Both the position numbers and the translations under genes were made by a program. The notes beneath the pieces were generated by a model. It ran no database searches and was not told where the DNA came from. It saw only the letters and a program-made list of their open reading frames with translations. A stretch of 64,000 nt of DNA from an uncultured Verrucomicrobiae bacterium (GTDB lineage Bacteria > Verrucomicrobiota > Verrucomicrobiia > Limisphaerales > JAFGQR01): the NCBI GenBank assembly GCA_963788655.1, contig CAWBHS010000026.1, positions 1 to 64,000 on the forward strand, in the 5' to 3' direction. Within the stretch, counting starts at the first letter, position 1, and each line of letters begins with the position of its first letter. Below, piece after piece: positions 33,305 to 43,900 of the stretch.

Positions 33305-35404
33305 CTAAGCCGCCGGGTAGGTCTTGTAGTAGTCTTTGTAGCGGTAGTAATAATACTCGCCGGTGGAGGCGCGGACGGCGTTGAAGACCACGCCCAGCAC
33401 ATGAGCCTGGCGTTGATACAACAAGTCCAGCGCGGCGCGGGCCACGCGCGCCGAGGTGTGCTCCGCACGCACTACAAAGATCACTCCGTCCACGTGCGGT
33501 GCCAGACTGCTGACATCGTCCGCAGCCATAACGGGCGGTGAATCCACCAACACGTAATCGTAGGCGCCTGCTGCTTCTTTCAGGAGTTTTTCGGTCGCCT
33601 GGCTCAACAACAATTCGCTGGAGCCATACGTGCTTTCGCCCCGCGGGAGCAGCGACAAGTTGCTGACGGTGGAGCCTTTGACCGCTTCTTTCCAGGGCAG
33701 ATGTCCGGCCAGTACCTCGCTGAGCCCGGGCTGACTTTCGAGGTTAAACCGCGAGTGGAGGGTGCCTTTGCGCAAGTCGCCATCGACCAGCAAGACCCGG
33801 GAACCCGCCTGCGCCATGTTGATGGCCAGGTTGGCCGTGGTAATGGATTTGCCGTCGTTGGGAATGGAACTCGTGACCAGGAGGATCCGCGGACGCTGGC
33901 CATTTTCGGACCCAAACAACAGCGAGGACCGGAGGTTGCGGTAGGATTCGAGGAACGCATGGCGCGTGTCGGCCGGCTGAAGCAATGCCAGATCGCCGTT
34001 CTTGCCCAGGGATTTTTCCCGCGGGATTTGTCCCAGAATCGTTTCATCGAACAACTCCTGCATTTCGGTAAACGAACTCATACGGTCATCCAACCGATCG
34101 ACAAACAGGAGGATAACCAACCCCAGGATCAGGCCACCGGCTGCCGCCAGGGCGAGGCTGCGGACCAAACCGGGGCGATCGAGCATGGCCGGCGAGGCCG
34201 TTTCCATAATGGTCACGTTTTCCGGATTGATGCCTTTGTTGACGTCCAGCGTCTGCATGGTGGCCAGCAGGCGATCATAAAGCTTTTGCGTCCGCTCGTA
34301 GTTGGATTGGATGTTCTTGTATTCGGCCATTGCCTTACTGCTTTGCAGCGCCTTCTTCTCCCACTCCGTGATGTCCTTTTTCAGGTTCTCGATCTGGAGC
34401 GCAATCGATTTCTTTTTGCTGTCCAGTTGTTCCACGTTTTGCTCGCGATAAATCCCCAGCAACCGTTCACGGCGGGCGATGTCTTCACTCAGGGCGATCA
34501 TCTTGGGATGCTTGGGCCGCAGAAACTCACTCAACTCCTGTTGCTCCGCCTTGAGCATGAGGATTTGCTGTTTGGCTTTGAAATAATCCGCCGTCAAGCC
34601 CACGATGCTCGCCTTGCTGGCCAGGTCCTGCAGGAGACCTTCGTTCAACGGGGTGAGGCCTTCCTTTTGCTGCTCACGTTCCAGGTTTTGCTCGAGCGTC
34701 AAGGATTTCAACAGTTCGTATTCGGACTTGAGCGCTTCGACCTGGGCGTTGAGCAGGGCCAGACGGTTGCCGGCGCTGTTGCCTTGCTCCTGCAAAAAGA
34801 CGATGCTGTTGCTGCTTTGGAAATTCACGAGGTCCTGTTCGCCCTTGCGCAGGTTCCCTTCGATGCGACTGACGTCCTCGGTCAGGTTGGCCAGCGTGCT
34901 GTCGGAGGTCTGCTCGCGCATTTCCTTTTTCAGGTTGGTGTATTCCTCCATGCTGGCCTGCAGGAAAGCCCGGGCATAATCCGGATCGTCCGCGGTAACC
35001 CGCAGATTGAATATCGTGGTGCGGGGGGATACAGAAACTTTGAGATCCGGTTCCAAAGTCGCCCAATCTTGATTGCGGGCCAGGACGCGTTTTTGCGCGC
35101 GATTCAGGACCACGCTGCTTTGCATCAAAGCGGCCTGAGTGCCGAGGAAATTGCTGAGTTCCTCCGTGTACACCGAGCCTTCCGGAATCGAGAGCTTGAT
35201 GCTGACAATCATGCGCCCAACAGAAAAGAAAGAGGGGGGCGCGTAATAAAGGTAAGCACCTTCCCCCGCGAGAGCCACCAGCATGCACAGCGGCAAGACC
35301 CACCAACGTTTGCGCAAGAGGTTTTTATAACGGTTGAACCGGGCGAAAAATTGCGCCGTCCGGGTGGACCGGTCCGGGACGAAGGTGTTGGGTTGATCGG
35401 TCAT
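33305..35404 (-). CDS. Polysaccharide chain-length determinant / tyrosine autokinase (Wzc-like)
   Basis: Two TM helices, coiled coil, ESYRNLRS, SSIPNDGKS, LLVDGDLRK, VDSPP, and a Tyr-rich tail YYYYRYKDYY. Confidence 0.92.
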   Translation of the reverse strand: MTDQPNTFVPDRSTRTAQFFARFNRYKNLLRKRWWVLPLCMLVALAGEGAYLYYAPPSFFSVGRMIVSIKLSIPEGSVYTEELSNFLGTQAALMQSSVVLNRAQKRVLARNQDWATLEPDLKVSVSPRTTIFNLRVTADDPDYARAFLQASMEEYTNLKKEMREQTSDSTLANLTEDVSRIEGNLRKGEQDLVNFQSSNSIVFLQEQGNSAGNRLALLNAQVEALKSEYELLKSLTLEQNLEREQQKEGLTPLNEGLLQDLASKASIVGLTADYFKAKQQILMLKAEQQELSEFLRPKHPKMIALSEDIARRERLLGIYREQNVEQLDSKKKSIALQIENLKKDITEWEKKALQSSKAMAEYKNIQSNYERTQKLYDRLLATMQTLDVNKGINPENVTIMETASPAMLDRPGLVRSLALAAAGGLILGLVILLFVDRLDDRMSSFTEMQELFDETILGQIPREKSLGKNGDLALLQPADTRHAFLESYRNLRSSLLFGSENGQRPRILLVTSSIPNDGKSITTANLAINMAQAGSRVLLVDGDLRKGTLHSRFNLESQPGLSEVLAGHLPWKEAVKGSTVSNLSLLPRGESTYGSSELLLSQATEKLLKEAAGAYDYVLVDSPPVMAADDVSSLAPHVDGVIFVVRAEHTSARVARAALDLLYQRQAHVLGVVFNAVRASTGEYYYYRYKDYYKTYPAA

Positions 35405-35409
35405 GGGTC

Positions 35410-36117
35410 TTACAAGTTGAAGATTCGTGCCGGCACGATAATAAAGTCATCCGGCTCCAACACCACGTCCTGCTCGATTTTCCCCTCTTCAAGAATTTCT
35501 TGCATGTTCAATTCAAAGATGTGTTTGGTCTCGGCCTTCGAGTCCGGATTGCGGATCAATTTCACCTTCTTCTTGTTGGCGAAATCACCGAAGCCTCCCG
35601 CGCGCAGGATAGCTTTGCCCGCCGTGAGATGTTCGTTCACCATTAACTCAATCGCCCCTTGATTCCGCACCTGCCCCCAGACATAAACCCGCCCCAGGAT
35701 TTTGTTGGCCTGATCGAGCGAGATGATCACCGTGGCGCGGTAATAATACTCCTTCTCAAGCTGGGCTTTGATTTCGTCCGCCAACTGTTTGCACGTCTTG
35801 TCGGCGGCGGCAACGCGTCCCAAATACGGAATGTCCAACTCACCTGAATCCGTCACCACCAGGCTTCGGGGCAACTCACGATCCTCGATAATCTGGAAGC
35901 TGATGCGGTCCCCTACCCGCAGCTTGTATTTGTCATCCGGCACGTAACCGCTCGGGGTGGTGGGTACCGTTAACGAGGGCAGGCCGAGGTAATTGGTTGG
36001 GCTGTAAACCACACCCGCGCTGGGATTTTGCGCGTAACCAACTCCCGTCCCCACCAGGGTAACGGCCAGGCCTGCGAGTAGAATCATCATCCGACGCATA
36101 GATAAGTTCATGATCAT
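35410..36117 (-). CDS. Polysaccharide export protein (Wza-like, SLBB domain)
   Basis: YKLRVGDRI, GELDIPYLG, VYVWGQVRNQG, AILRAGGF, LEPDDFIIVP. Confidence 0.88.
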   Translation of the reverse strand: MIMNLSMRRMMILLAGLAVTLVGTGVGYAQNPSAGVVYSPTNYLGLPSLTVPTTPSGYVPDDKYKLRVGDRISFQIIEDRELPRSLVVTDSGELDIPYLGRVAAADKTCKQLADEIKAQLEKEYYYRATVIISLDQANKILGRVYVWGQVRNQGAIELMVNEHLTAGKAILRAGGFGDFANKKKVKLIRNPDSKAETKHIFELNMQEILEEGKIEQDVVLEPDDFIIVPARIFNL

Positions 36118-37433
36118 CAGAAATTGTAGCCAAAGTTCAAGGAAACACTATTGACCATATAATCGCGAAGATTCGTTTGCGAATCCTTCCAATAAAACTG
36201 GTAGCCCAAACTGGCGGACAATTTGTCCGTGAGCATCCGGCCCATCGACAATCCGGCTCCCAGCCGATAGAACGTTTCCGACCCCGACCCCGACTCGGTG
36301 CCGTACTCGAAAGCCAACGGTGTCGAAATCCGGGTGTCCCGCACCCAATTCCAATTCATATTCAAGCGAATAAAGGTCAAATCCAAGTTCCGCAAACTGG
36401 TGCCGTACTGCAACCCCAGTTGGATGCTGCGCCCGGCGCTCAGTGAATAATTCAAAATCCGGTTCAAGCGGTGATCCAGCACCAATTGACCATAAACCGC
36501 ACCCGAATTCCCCACATCCGGCGCCATTGTGGTCGGCGACTGGACGTAAAGCGTATAACCGGCCATCGCCTTTACCTGCATATATCGGCTGATTTGTCCG
36601 CCATAAAAGAGCCCGACACTGTATTGCACCCCGTCAGTGAGGATCTCATTGGCGTAATTGACCAGTGTCGACCCGAATTCCACCCCACCCGAAGTGGTCG
36701 AGCTCAGCCGCAAACCGCCACGCGCAAAGAACATTTCCGACTGTCCATCGGAAAACTGGTAGGTCGAATTGAGCGATACATAGTCCGCGTGATCATAACC
36801 GAAGGACACCAGGATCTTGTTAAGGTCCCAATTTCCAGTGAAGCCCACCACGTTTTCGAGCCGTTGATAATCACCACGGCCGCTGACGGTGGGCACCTCA
36901 TAAACACTCATGGGAATGCTGAACCGGTCATGGATGTTGAACAAAAAGTCACCCACGTAAAGGTCGAAGGCGATTTCCGAACCGGGCCGGATAAACAATC
37001 GATCCAGGTCGGAATGGCTCAAATACTTCGAATATCCCAGACCAATGGCGAGGTTCAATCGGTTGTTTTCCGTTACCGGCCACAATATCCGCGTGGTGAG
37101 TTGCGGACGAAGAATTAAGTCGCTCTCCGCATTATCGCTACGGTAGCGGACGTTGTCATTGTATGTGACGCCCATTCCACCTTGAAATCGCAAGCCCACC
37201 GGGCCGAGCTTCAAATTGTAGTAGCCAATGGACGAATTGGCTCGCCTGCGGGCTTCAGCGGCGTCTCGGCCGGTAGCCGACATTCGAATGGCCTCCTGCC
37301 CGCCGGACACGCCGGCCCAAAACAGGCACAGCAGAACCCCCCCCGCTTTTAAGGAGGACGCCCTTCCGGCCAGCCAACTGCCCGCACACTGGCGCAATAC
37401 AGTCAAAGCATCAGGCAAAACTCTGAAAAACAC
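36117..37433 (-). CDS. Outer-membrane beta-barrel protein associated with exopolysaccharide export; start uncertain
   Basis: YNDNV motif, amphipathic strands, C-terminal F; sits upstream of the wza/wzc-like genes. Confidence 0.75.
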   Translation of the reverse strand: MFFRVLPDALTVLRQCAGSWLAGRASSLKAGGVLLCLFWAGVSGGQEAIRMSATGRDAAEARRRANSSIGYYNLKLGPVGLRFQGGMGVTYNDNVRYRSDNAESDLILRPQLTTRILWPVTENNRLNLAIGLGYSKYLSHSDLDRLFIRPGSEIAFDLYVGDFLFNIHDRFSIPMSVYEVPTVSGRGDYQRLENVVGFTGNWDLNKILVSFGYDHADYVSLNSTYQFSDGQSEMFFARGGLRLSSTTSGGVEFGSTLVNYANEILTDGVQYSVGLFYGGQISRYMQVKAMAGYTLYVQSPTTMAPDVGNSGAVYGQLVLDHRLNRILNYSLSAGRSIQLGLQYGTSLRNLDLTFIRLNMNWNWVRDTRISTPLAFEYGTESGSGSETFYRLGAGLSMGRMLTDKLSASLGYQFYWKDSQTNLRDYMVNSVSLNFGYNF

Positions 37434-37529
37434 GTGTCAATACTCAACGGCAGCGAAGCCGCCAATGCAATCCTCTTCGGGAAATGTAACGCGAAAGGGC
37501 CATTATTTGCCGGGCCGCGAGCGAAGGAA

Positions 37530-37606
37530 TGGCGGGAGTGGCGGGGCTCGAACCCGTAACCTCTGCCGTGACAGGGCAGCGCTCTAACCAATTGAGCTAC
37601 GCCCCC
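37530..37606 (-). tRNA. tRNA-Asp (GTC)
   Basis: GGGGGCGTAGCTCAATTGGTTAGAGCGCTGCCCTGTCACGGCAGAGGTTACGGGTTCGAGCCCCGCCACTCCCGCCA folds as a cloverleaf with anticodon GTC and an encoded CCA. Confidence 0.95.
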
Positions 37607-38068
37607 GCTCAGTGCGGGAGGCAAAAAATAGTGGATGCCCCCACCCGCGTCAACGCCGAATTGAAAAAGGTGCGAGTTTGTGGGCACCCGCAACTTGCTG
37701 CGGCGTCGATCCGCTGACTTCATTCTCAGGGCTGACGGGCGGAACATACGATCCATCGATCACGTTTATCGCAAACGCATTGTCCGAGCGTGCAAGCTGG
37801 ATTCATTCCATCTAAGCTCTGGCGGTCGCCCAACGGATCGGTTAATCTCGCCCTGGAGTTGGCCCGGAGCGGAGGCTGGCTAACACTACAGCGACAGTTC
37901 CGGCAAATCGCAGCAGGAGCGCGGCGTTTACGCCGCTTCACGGTGCTATCCCATAAGCCGCTGGTTGGTCTTGGGTGCTTGAAGCGGCCTAAAGGCTGCG
38001 CGCCTATCTGTGAAAGTGTCGTTGGAGTGCTAACACGGAGTTCGCACGACGGGAGACGGCCGACAAAC

Positions 38069-38395
38069 ATGAGTATTCTCAAACAAGCCAAAACGTGGGC
38101 TGCCCAGACGGCCGCCCGGAAATATCTCAACCGTTATTATTCCGATGTGGGGGTAATGACCAAATTGGAGATCGATCCGGAACAAAAAACGATTCTGGTG
38201 GAAGCGCAACTCAACGGAGAATCCCAACCTGTGTCCATCCGGGTGAATCGTTACCGGGTCATCCAAACCGGCGGCAAAGCTTACCTCGAAGTGGCCGATG
38301 CGCTGATTTCCCGGGATTGGATGAACGCGCTGTTCCAGCGGACCGTCAAAGGGCGGCGCTTTGAAGTGCCGGAGTTGGTCCGGCTGGTTTTGTAA
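38069..38395 (+). CDS. Hypothetical protein
   Basis: 108-aa ORF MSILKQAK...ELVRLVL with protein-like composition. Confidence 0.6.
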   Translation: MSILKQAKTWAAQTAARKYLNRYYSDVGVMTKLEIDPEQKTILVEAQLNGESQPVSIRVNRYRVIQTGGKAYLEVADALISRDWMNALFQRTVKGRRFEVPELVRLVL

Positions 38396-38446
38396 GCAAT
38401 GGCATTGGCCTCCCGGGCCAGAAATCGTCTATTCGGCCACGCCCGT

Positions 38447-39086
38447 TCAATGCTCGAAGCTCATTTTCTCCGGGCGGACGGTCTCGGGCTTCACCATAAA
38501 TTCCACATTTCGGGTGGTCTGCAAAGCGTTGGTGATGTCCACCGTTTTCGTCCCAACGGGAATGGATTTCACGAAAACTTCGTAATATGAACCGGACCAA
38601 CTGCGGCTCAGCACTTCGAGCGGGATGCCGTCATTGCCCACGATTTCCACGAAATCGAAGGATTTTCCCTCGGCTATCTTCGCATACTCGACCCGAATCC
38701 ACGACGCGTCGCTGCTGCTCCACGAACCGCCGGTGATGTCCGGCTTCCGCGCAAACTCCGTCAAACTGATTTCCACCCCGCCGACGCGGTTGGTGATCGT
38801 CAGGAAATTGGTCTGGCCTATGGCTGGCACCGGCACGTTGTTAAAGGTAACCAGTTCTTCCGGTGCGAATCCCCGCGTGCGCCGCAATTCCAACGTCAGC
38901 CGCCAGGCAGGCCGGTCCCACCGAATGATTGGTGCCGTAGGTTGCCGTCACGAACTGATACTGCATGCCATTGGGCAACGTGATGGTCGGCAACGTTGCT
39001 GATCGCGTCCGTCGCCACCAAAGCCCGGCTGCCAAAACGGCGGCCAGCAAGATTGCGATCCCCAACCAGATTCTTCCGCGTTTCAT
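38447..39086 (-). CDS. Membrane-anchored hypothetical protein, frameshifted or internally deleted
   Basis: MKRGRIWLGIAILLAAVLAAGLWW TM start (38841..39089) followed by beta-rich ORF 38447..38893. Confidence 0.45.
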
Positions 39087-39111
39087 CACTTCTTAACCTG
39101 CCAGTTGCGAT

Positions 39112-39259
39112 GGGGAGTGCGCCCGCCTCGGGCGCTGTGGTTGGCGCCTCGCCAACCTCTCCAGAAGCCACGAACTGTTCACTAATCAGTGACTTCTCAG
39201 ACGCCGGTCCAACCGGCTAGGGCGCCCGTTGGCAGCGTCCGGAGCAGGCGCGCTCCCCA
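39112..39259. repeat. REP-like inverted pair
   Basis: GGGGAGTGCGCCCGCCTCGGGCGCTG ... CAGCGTCCGGAGCAGGCGCGCTCCCC. Confidence 0.6.
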
Positions 39260-39295
39260 GGTTCATTTGCATAGTCACGGTTTGGCCTGCTTTCC

Positions 39296-40771
39296 TCAAC
39301 GCACCGCAGCGTCGTGGACGGTCAGTTCGCCGAGTTTATACCGCCGTTGCCCATCACTTTCTGGCAGCGGCAAGGCAATCAACGGGGTGCCATCGCGGCG
39401 GCCCACGGACACATACACGTCGTATGTTCCGGGCTTGGTAGCCGGCGCAAACGTGCCGCGCGGATCCAAGTGGCGAAATCCGACAATCAACGTGGATTTG
39501 AGCTTGCGACTGGAGGCCTGACCTGGCGCTGCGACTTTGAGTTCGCGCACGTTGAAAGATTCATCCACGTGGACGGACACGATTCCGCCCTGGTCGTCTT
39601 TCAGCGTAAAGGTCCAAAAGCCTCCATGGTAGCACGGGGCCACGCCGGCATTCGCCCATTCGGTTTCCACGTCGAAGAGCTGGCTCAACGCCACCTGCTC
39701 CGGCCAACTGATCGCGCGGAGTTGCAACCGATAGCCCAGGCGCCGGTTGATACGGTCGATGGTTTCGCGGTTTTCGTTCAACTCCACCCGCGGCCACCAG
39801 TGAATGGACATGTAACTGGCATGATAATCTTCCACGGACTTCAACAGCAGGTCGCCGCTCCAGGCGCCCCGTTGCTTCGACGAACCGTAATGCTCGTGTT
39901 CAAGAATGACCGGGAGCGTGGGCCAGAATTCCTGGGCCATCTCCGCGTGATACCACGAGTGCGGCGGCGGTTGTACCAGGATGCTGTCATCGCGCATCGT
40001 GACGCCGTGGGCCAGGGCATAGTCCATCGCGGGAAAATGGCGGCCCGGTTTGCTGCTGCCGGCTACATCGTCGCTGATGCACAGTTGCGTCCGCTGGAAA
40101 TGTTTCAGGTGCAGGTCAATGTGCTTTTTAACGACGGCCAGGGTTTGTTCCTCGTTCAACCGGCTGCTGAAGCCCGTGTGGCCTTCGCCCCACATGCCGA
40201 ACGAGCCAATGTCGATGAATGCCACGTTGGGATTGCCATCATACCGGCGGGCCAGCGCGGCCAGGAAATGATCCAGTTTTTCAAGAAACACCGGGTCCAG
40301 ATAGTCCGGATCCCACAGGGCGCCGCCGACTCGCGGCCCTTTGCCGAAGTCGAACTCGATCCCTTTGGCCCCGGCGTCCTGCACCCATTTGGGAGTGGCG
40401 TAGCGCATCCAACTTTCCGAGCAGCTCACCCGAATGGCAATTTGTTTGCCTTGATCGATCCAGCGCTGGGCCGGGGTGTCAAACAGCGACCAATTGAACT
40501 GGCCTTCCTTCGGTTCCAGAAACGACCACGGCACCCGCAGATAAATCGCCGACAGCCCCGGCCAATCTTCGAGCGTGTCCGATGGCGCCAGGCGGGAGCC
40601 GTAGTTCTTGATGATGTTCGAGTAAAAGTGGAAGGTCCACCCCATGCCTGGATTGACCAGCGCCTCGCCGGTGTCCTCGGGATGAACAACGACTCGCTTT
40701 TCAGCGCCGGATCCAGTTGAGCCCAAAACCAACCAAACAGCGGGCAGCAGAAATAACGAAATGGCTTTCAT
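39296..40771 (-). CDS. Secreted DUF4832-type TIM-barrel glycoside hydrolase-like protein
   Basis: NPGMGW, YLRVPWSFLEP, RYDGNPNVAFIDIGSFGMWGEGH, LGYRLQL, WANAGVAPCY. Confidence 0.75.
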   Translation of the reverse strand: MKAISLFLLPAVWLVLGSTGSGAEKRVVVHPEDTGEALVNPGMGWTFHFYSNIIKNYGSRLAPSDTLEDWPGLSAIYLRVPWSFLEPKEGQFNWSLFDTPAQRWIDQGKQIAIRVSCSESWMRYATPKWVQDAGAKGIEFDFGKGPRVGGALWDPDYLDPVFLEKLDHFLAALARRYDGNPNVAFIDIGSFGMWGEGHTGFSSRLNEEQTLAVVKKHIDLHLKHFQRTQLCISDDVAGSSKPGRHFPAMDYALAHGVTMRDDSILVQPPPHSWYHAEMAQEFWPTLPVILEHEHYGSSKQRGAWSGDLLLKSVEDYHASYMSIHWWPRVELNENRETIDRINRRLGYRLQLRAISWPEQVALSQLFDVETEWANAGVAPCYHGGFWTFTLKDDQGGIVSVHVDESFNVRELKVAAPGQASSRKLKSTLIVGFRHLDPRGTFAPATKPGTYDVYVSVGRRDGTPLIALPLPESDGQRRYKLGELTVHDAAVR

Positions 40772-40848
40772 GAGGCGGCACGATAGGGCAAGTCGCGGAT
40801 CAGCGACAAATCTTTTCCCCGAGGTCAAGCCTCTCGCCAGAATTCCAA

Positions 40849-41557
<709 letters not shown>

Positions 41558-41870
41558 TCAATTCAGTCATGAATGGACAGCGCACCAACGTTCTTGAAGC
41601 GCTGAAGAGTTGAAGGGGTGAAGCGGCGGACAATTTGCGCGGCCTGCGTAAGCGGCGAGAAGTAGTGGTGCGTGTAAACACCAACGCCGACCGGCAATGC
41701 GCTGGCGAGCTGGGTGAAGACGAGCAGTCACCGAGCGGCGACTTTCGCAGTAATTCACCACCGGCTCTTCTCGCCCAGCTATTGGTGTTCATGAGTTTCT
41801 TTGTGTCGAATTTCTGTGCGTCGAAGTCTGGTCGGCTCTTAAACCGCGAAGACTTCGAACGGAGTTATCT

Positions 41871-41942
41871 AACCGCAAAGACACGAAGAGCGCAAAGAGT
41901 TGCTGCAATTCCGCTGCTTTGCGCGCTTCGTGCCTTTGCGGT
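41871..41942. repeat. Inverted intergenic repeat element
   Basis: AACCGCAAAGACACGAAGAGCGCAAAG ... CTTTGCGCGCTTCGTGCCTTTGCGGT. Confidence 0.7.
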
Positions 41943-42127
41943 GAAATTAGGCCATTCGCCCACAGCCGTAACCTTCGAAGTCGATCATTGCGTCGCTTGG
42001 GTTGCGGCTCGTTGCAATCATCGAAATTCTTCGCAAGCTGCATCCATTTTCGACCGCTTCAATCCTTCAATGAATCAGCCGCAGTCTTGCCCTACCAGGA
42101 TTTGGTTGCCGCACTGCCGCGCTGGAT

Positions 42128-42637
42128 TCATTCATGGTTCATACGGCTGAGTGCCTCTTCGATGACCCAATCATTGCGGCCGTCAGGATGGCAATGGCAA
42201 TGCGCGGAGAAAAAGCCGCCCCGACAGCGCCAGAACAACGGCCAGATTTGTTCGCGATCGGTTTGCGGCAGCGTCAAGTCTTCCAATTCACTGGTCGGGA
42301 AAAAATGAAAATTACCCTCCCGATGCGGCGGCGGGAGCGTGTGCAGGCGTGGCTTGACTTCGAAGAGAAACATCAACCAGTGGGCCTGGCCTTCGTAGCC
42401 GTGTTCGCTGATGAGCCCGGTCAGGTGCAAATCGTTCGTGGCGAGCGAGAGGCCCAATTCCTCGTGGGCTTCCCGGCAGGCGCAAGCGTACGGCGACTCG
42501 CCGGTGTCGGTGTTCAATTTGCCGCCGCACGGACTCCAGAGTCCGCGGTTTGGTTCCTGGGCACGTTCCAGCAGCAGCACTTCGTCGCGCGCGTTGAAAC
42601 AATAAAGCAGCGTCGATATTTTGTAGGGCAACGCCAT
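42128..42637 (-). CDS. NUDIX hydrolase
   Basis: Nudix box GGKLNTDTGESPYACACREAHEELGL. Confidence 0.9.
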   Translation of the reverse strand: MALPYKISTLLYCFNARDEVLLLERAQEPNRGLWSPCGGKLNTDTGESPYACACREAHEELGLSLATNDLHLTGLISEHGYEGQAHWLMFLFEVKPRLHTLPPPHREGNFHFFPTSELEDLTLPQTDREQIWPLFWRCRGGFFSAHCHCHPDGRNDWVIEEALSRMNHE

Positions 42638-42808
42638 GCGGGGAGTGAAGCAGGAGCACCGGCCGAATTCAATGCGAGCTTGGCGTTTGCGTTTTTCCAG
42701 ACGTTGGGTTGCTTGCGGCGACGAAAGCAGGCAGATTTCCTTCAGTCGCAAGCCACGTTCGATCAAGCGGCTGATGATGAACAACAAATCGCAAGAGAAA
42801 GTGACTGT

Positions 42809-43081
42809 ATGGCCCAGGCAATGATGGATCCCGCGGAGGTGCGGCGTTTCGCCGAAGAACTGAAGCGGTTCAACATTGATCTCCAAAACCGGATGGGATT
42901 GTTGCAGGCGCGGTTTGCGTCGCTGGGTGAATCCTGGCAGGACCAGGAGCACACCAAGTTTTCCGATGAGTTCAAACAAACCATGAAGGCGCTGAAGAAA
43001 TTCGTCGAGATTTCCAACCAGCACGCGCCTTACCTCTTGCGCAAGGCTCAGCGCATCGAAGAATATCTGAACCAACGTTAA
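42809..43081 (+). CDS. WXG100/ESAT-6-like protein (central WQD)
   Basis: 90-aa helical protein MAQAMMDPAEVRRFAEELKRF...LGESWQDQEHTKFSDEF...RIEEYLNQR. Confidence 0.85.
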   Translation: MAQAMMDPAEVRRFAEELKRFNIDLQNRMGLLQARFASLGESWQDQEHTKFSDEFKQTMKALKKFVEISNQHAPYLLRKAQRIEEYLNQR

Positions 43082-43085
43082 CCGG

Positions 43086-43691
43086 ATGGCCGACAAAGCG
43101 CATGTTACCTCGGTGGAAGCGCTGCAAGCGTTCCGGACCAGCTTGGTCCTGTACCTCAGCAAGGCGCGGCCCACCCTGGACGAAGTCGGCGGCGACGTCG
43201 TCCGCACCCGTTTGTGGCTGGAGAATGACCAGCGGAGTTATTGGGAGGGACAAGTGCGCCGGCGTTCGCGAGTTCTGGAACAGGCGCAAGCAGCGCTGTT
43301 CGGATCGCGGTTGTCCACGTTTCGGGAAGCCTCGACTGCCGAGCAGGCGGCGGTGAACAAGGCACGGCGGGCGTTGGCCGAGGCGGAGGAGAAACTGCGG
43401 CTGGTGAAACGCTGGTACCGCGAGTTCGAGAACCGGGTGGAACCGCTCGCCAAAGAGTTGGGCAAATTGCAGTCGTTTCTGACCGATCAAATGCCCAAAG
43501 CGCTGGCCTATCTGGCCCAGGCCGTGAAAACCCTCGAGGACTACGCGCAACTGGCGCCCAGTCCCCCGGCGGAAGCCTCCGGATCGTCCCCCAGTGCGGC
43601 CAGTACGGATAATTCCGCATCCTCCGACGCCCCGGCCGCTGCGGCCAATCCCACTGGCGGCGAAACTGCTTCCCGGAAAGGCAGCCCGTGA
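43086..43691 (+). CDS. Helical coiled-coil protein in the WXG100 operon
   Basis: All-alpha composition with a low-complexity tail; starts 4 nt after the WXG100 gene and overlaps the next gene. Confidence 0.75.
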   Translation: MADKAHVTSVEALQAFRTSLVLYLSKARPTLDEVGGDVVRTRLWLENDQRSYWEGQVRRRSRVLEQAQAALFGSRLSTFREASTAEQAAVNKARRALAEAEEKLRLVKRWYREFENRVEPLAKELGKLQSFLTDQMPKALAYLAQAVKTLEDYAQLAPSPPAEASGSSPSAASTDNSASSDAPAAAANPTGGETASRKGSP

Positions 43692-43900
43692 ACATCAAGG
43701 CAAACGGCAACAAGCTGACCGCCATCACGAAAGAGATTTCGAACCAGTGGCAGTTGACGCTCGACCAATGGCAGGATGCCAAAAGCCGGGAGTTTGAGCG
43801 CAAGTATTTGGAAGAACTCTTCGCCGCGGTGGATTCGGCGGTGACGGTCATTGGGCAACTGGACAAACTTGTCACAAAAATCAGGCAGGACTGTGAGTAG
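43688..43900 (+). CDS. Second small WXG100-like protein (WQD)
   Basis: 70 aa, ISNQWQLTLDQWQDAKSREFERKYL; overlaps the genes on both sides. Confidence 0.7.
   Translation: MNIKANGNKLTAITKEISNQWQLTLDQWQDAKSREFERKYLEELFAAVDSAVTVIGQLDKLVTKIRQDCE

Noticed and set aside
33701..35662. Long antisense ORFs (e.g. 33701..35662, 23284..25116, 757..2088, 45355..46683)
   Set aside because: They are shadows of well-supported genes on the opposite strand in high-GC DNA.
37530..39100. tRNA-anchored genomic island
   Set aside because: No integrase and no duplicated tRNA 3' end were seen in the window.
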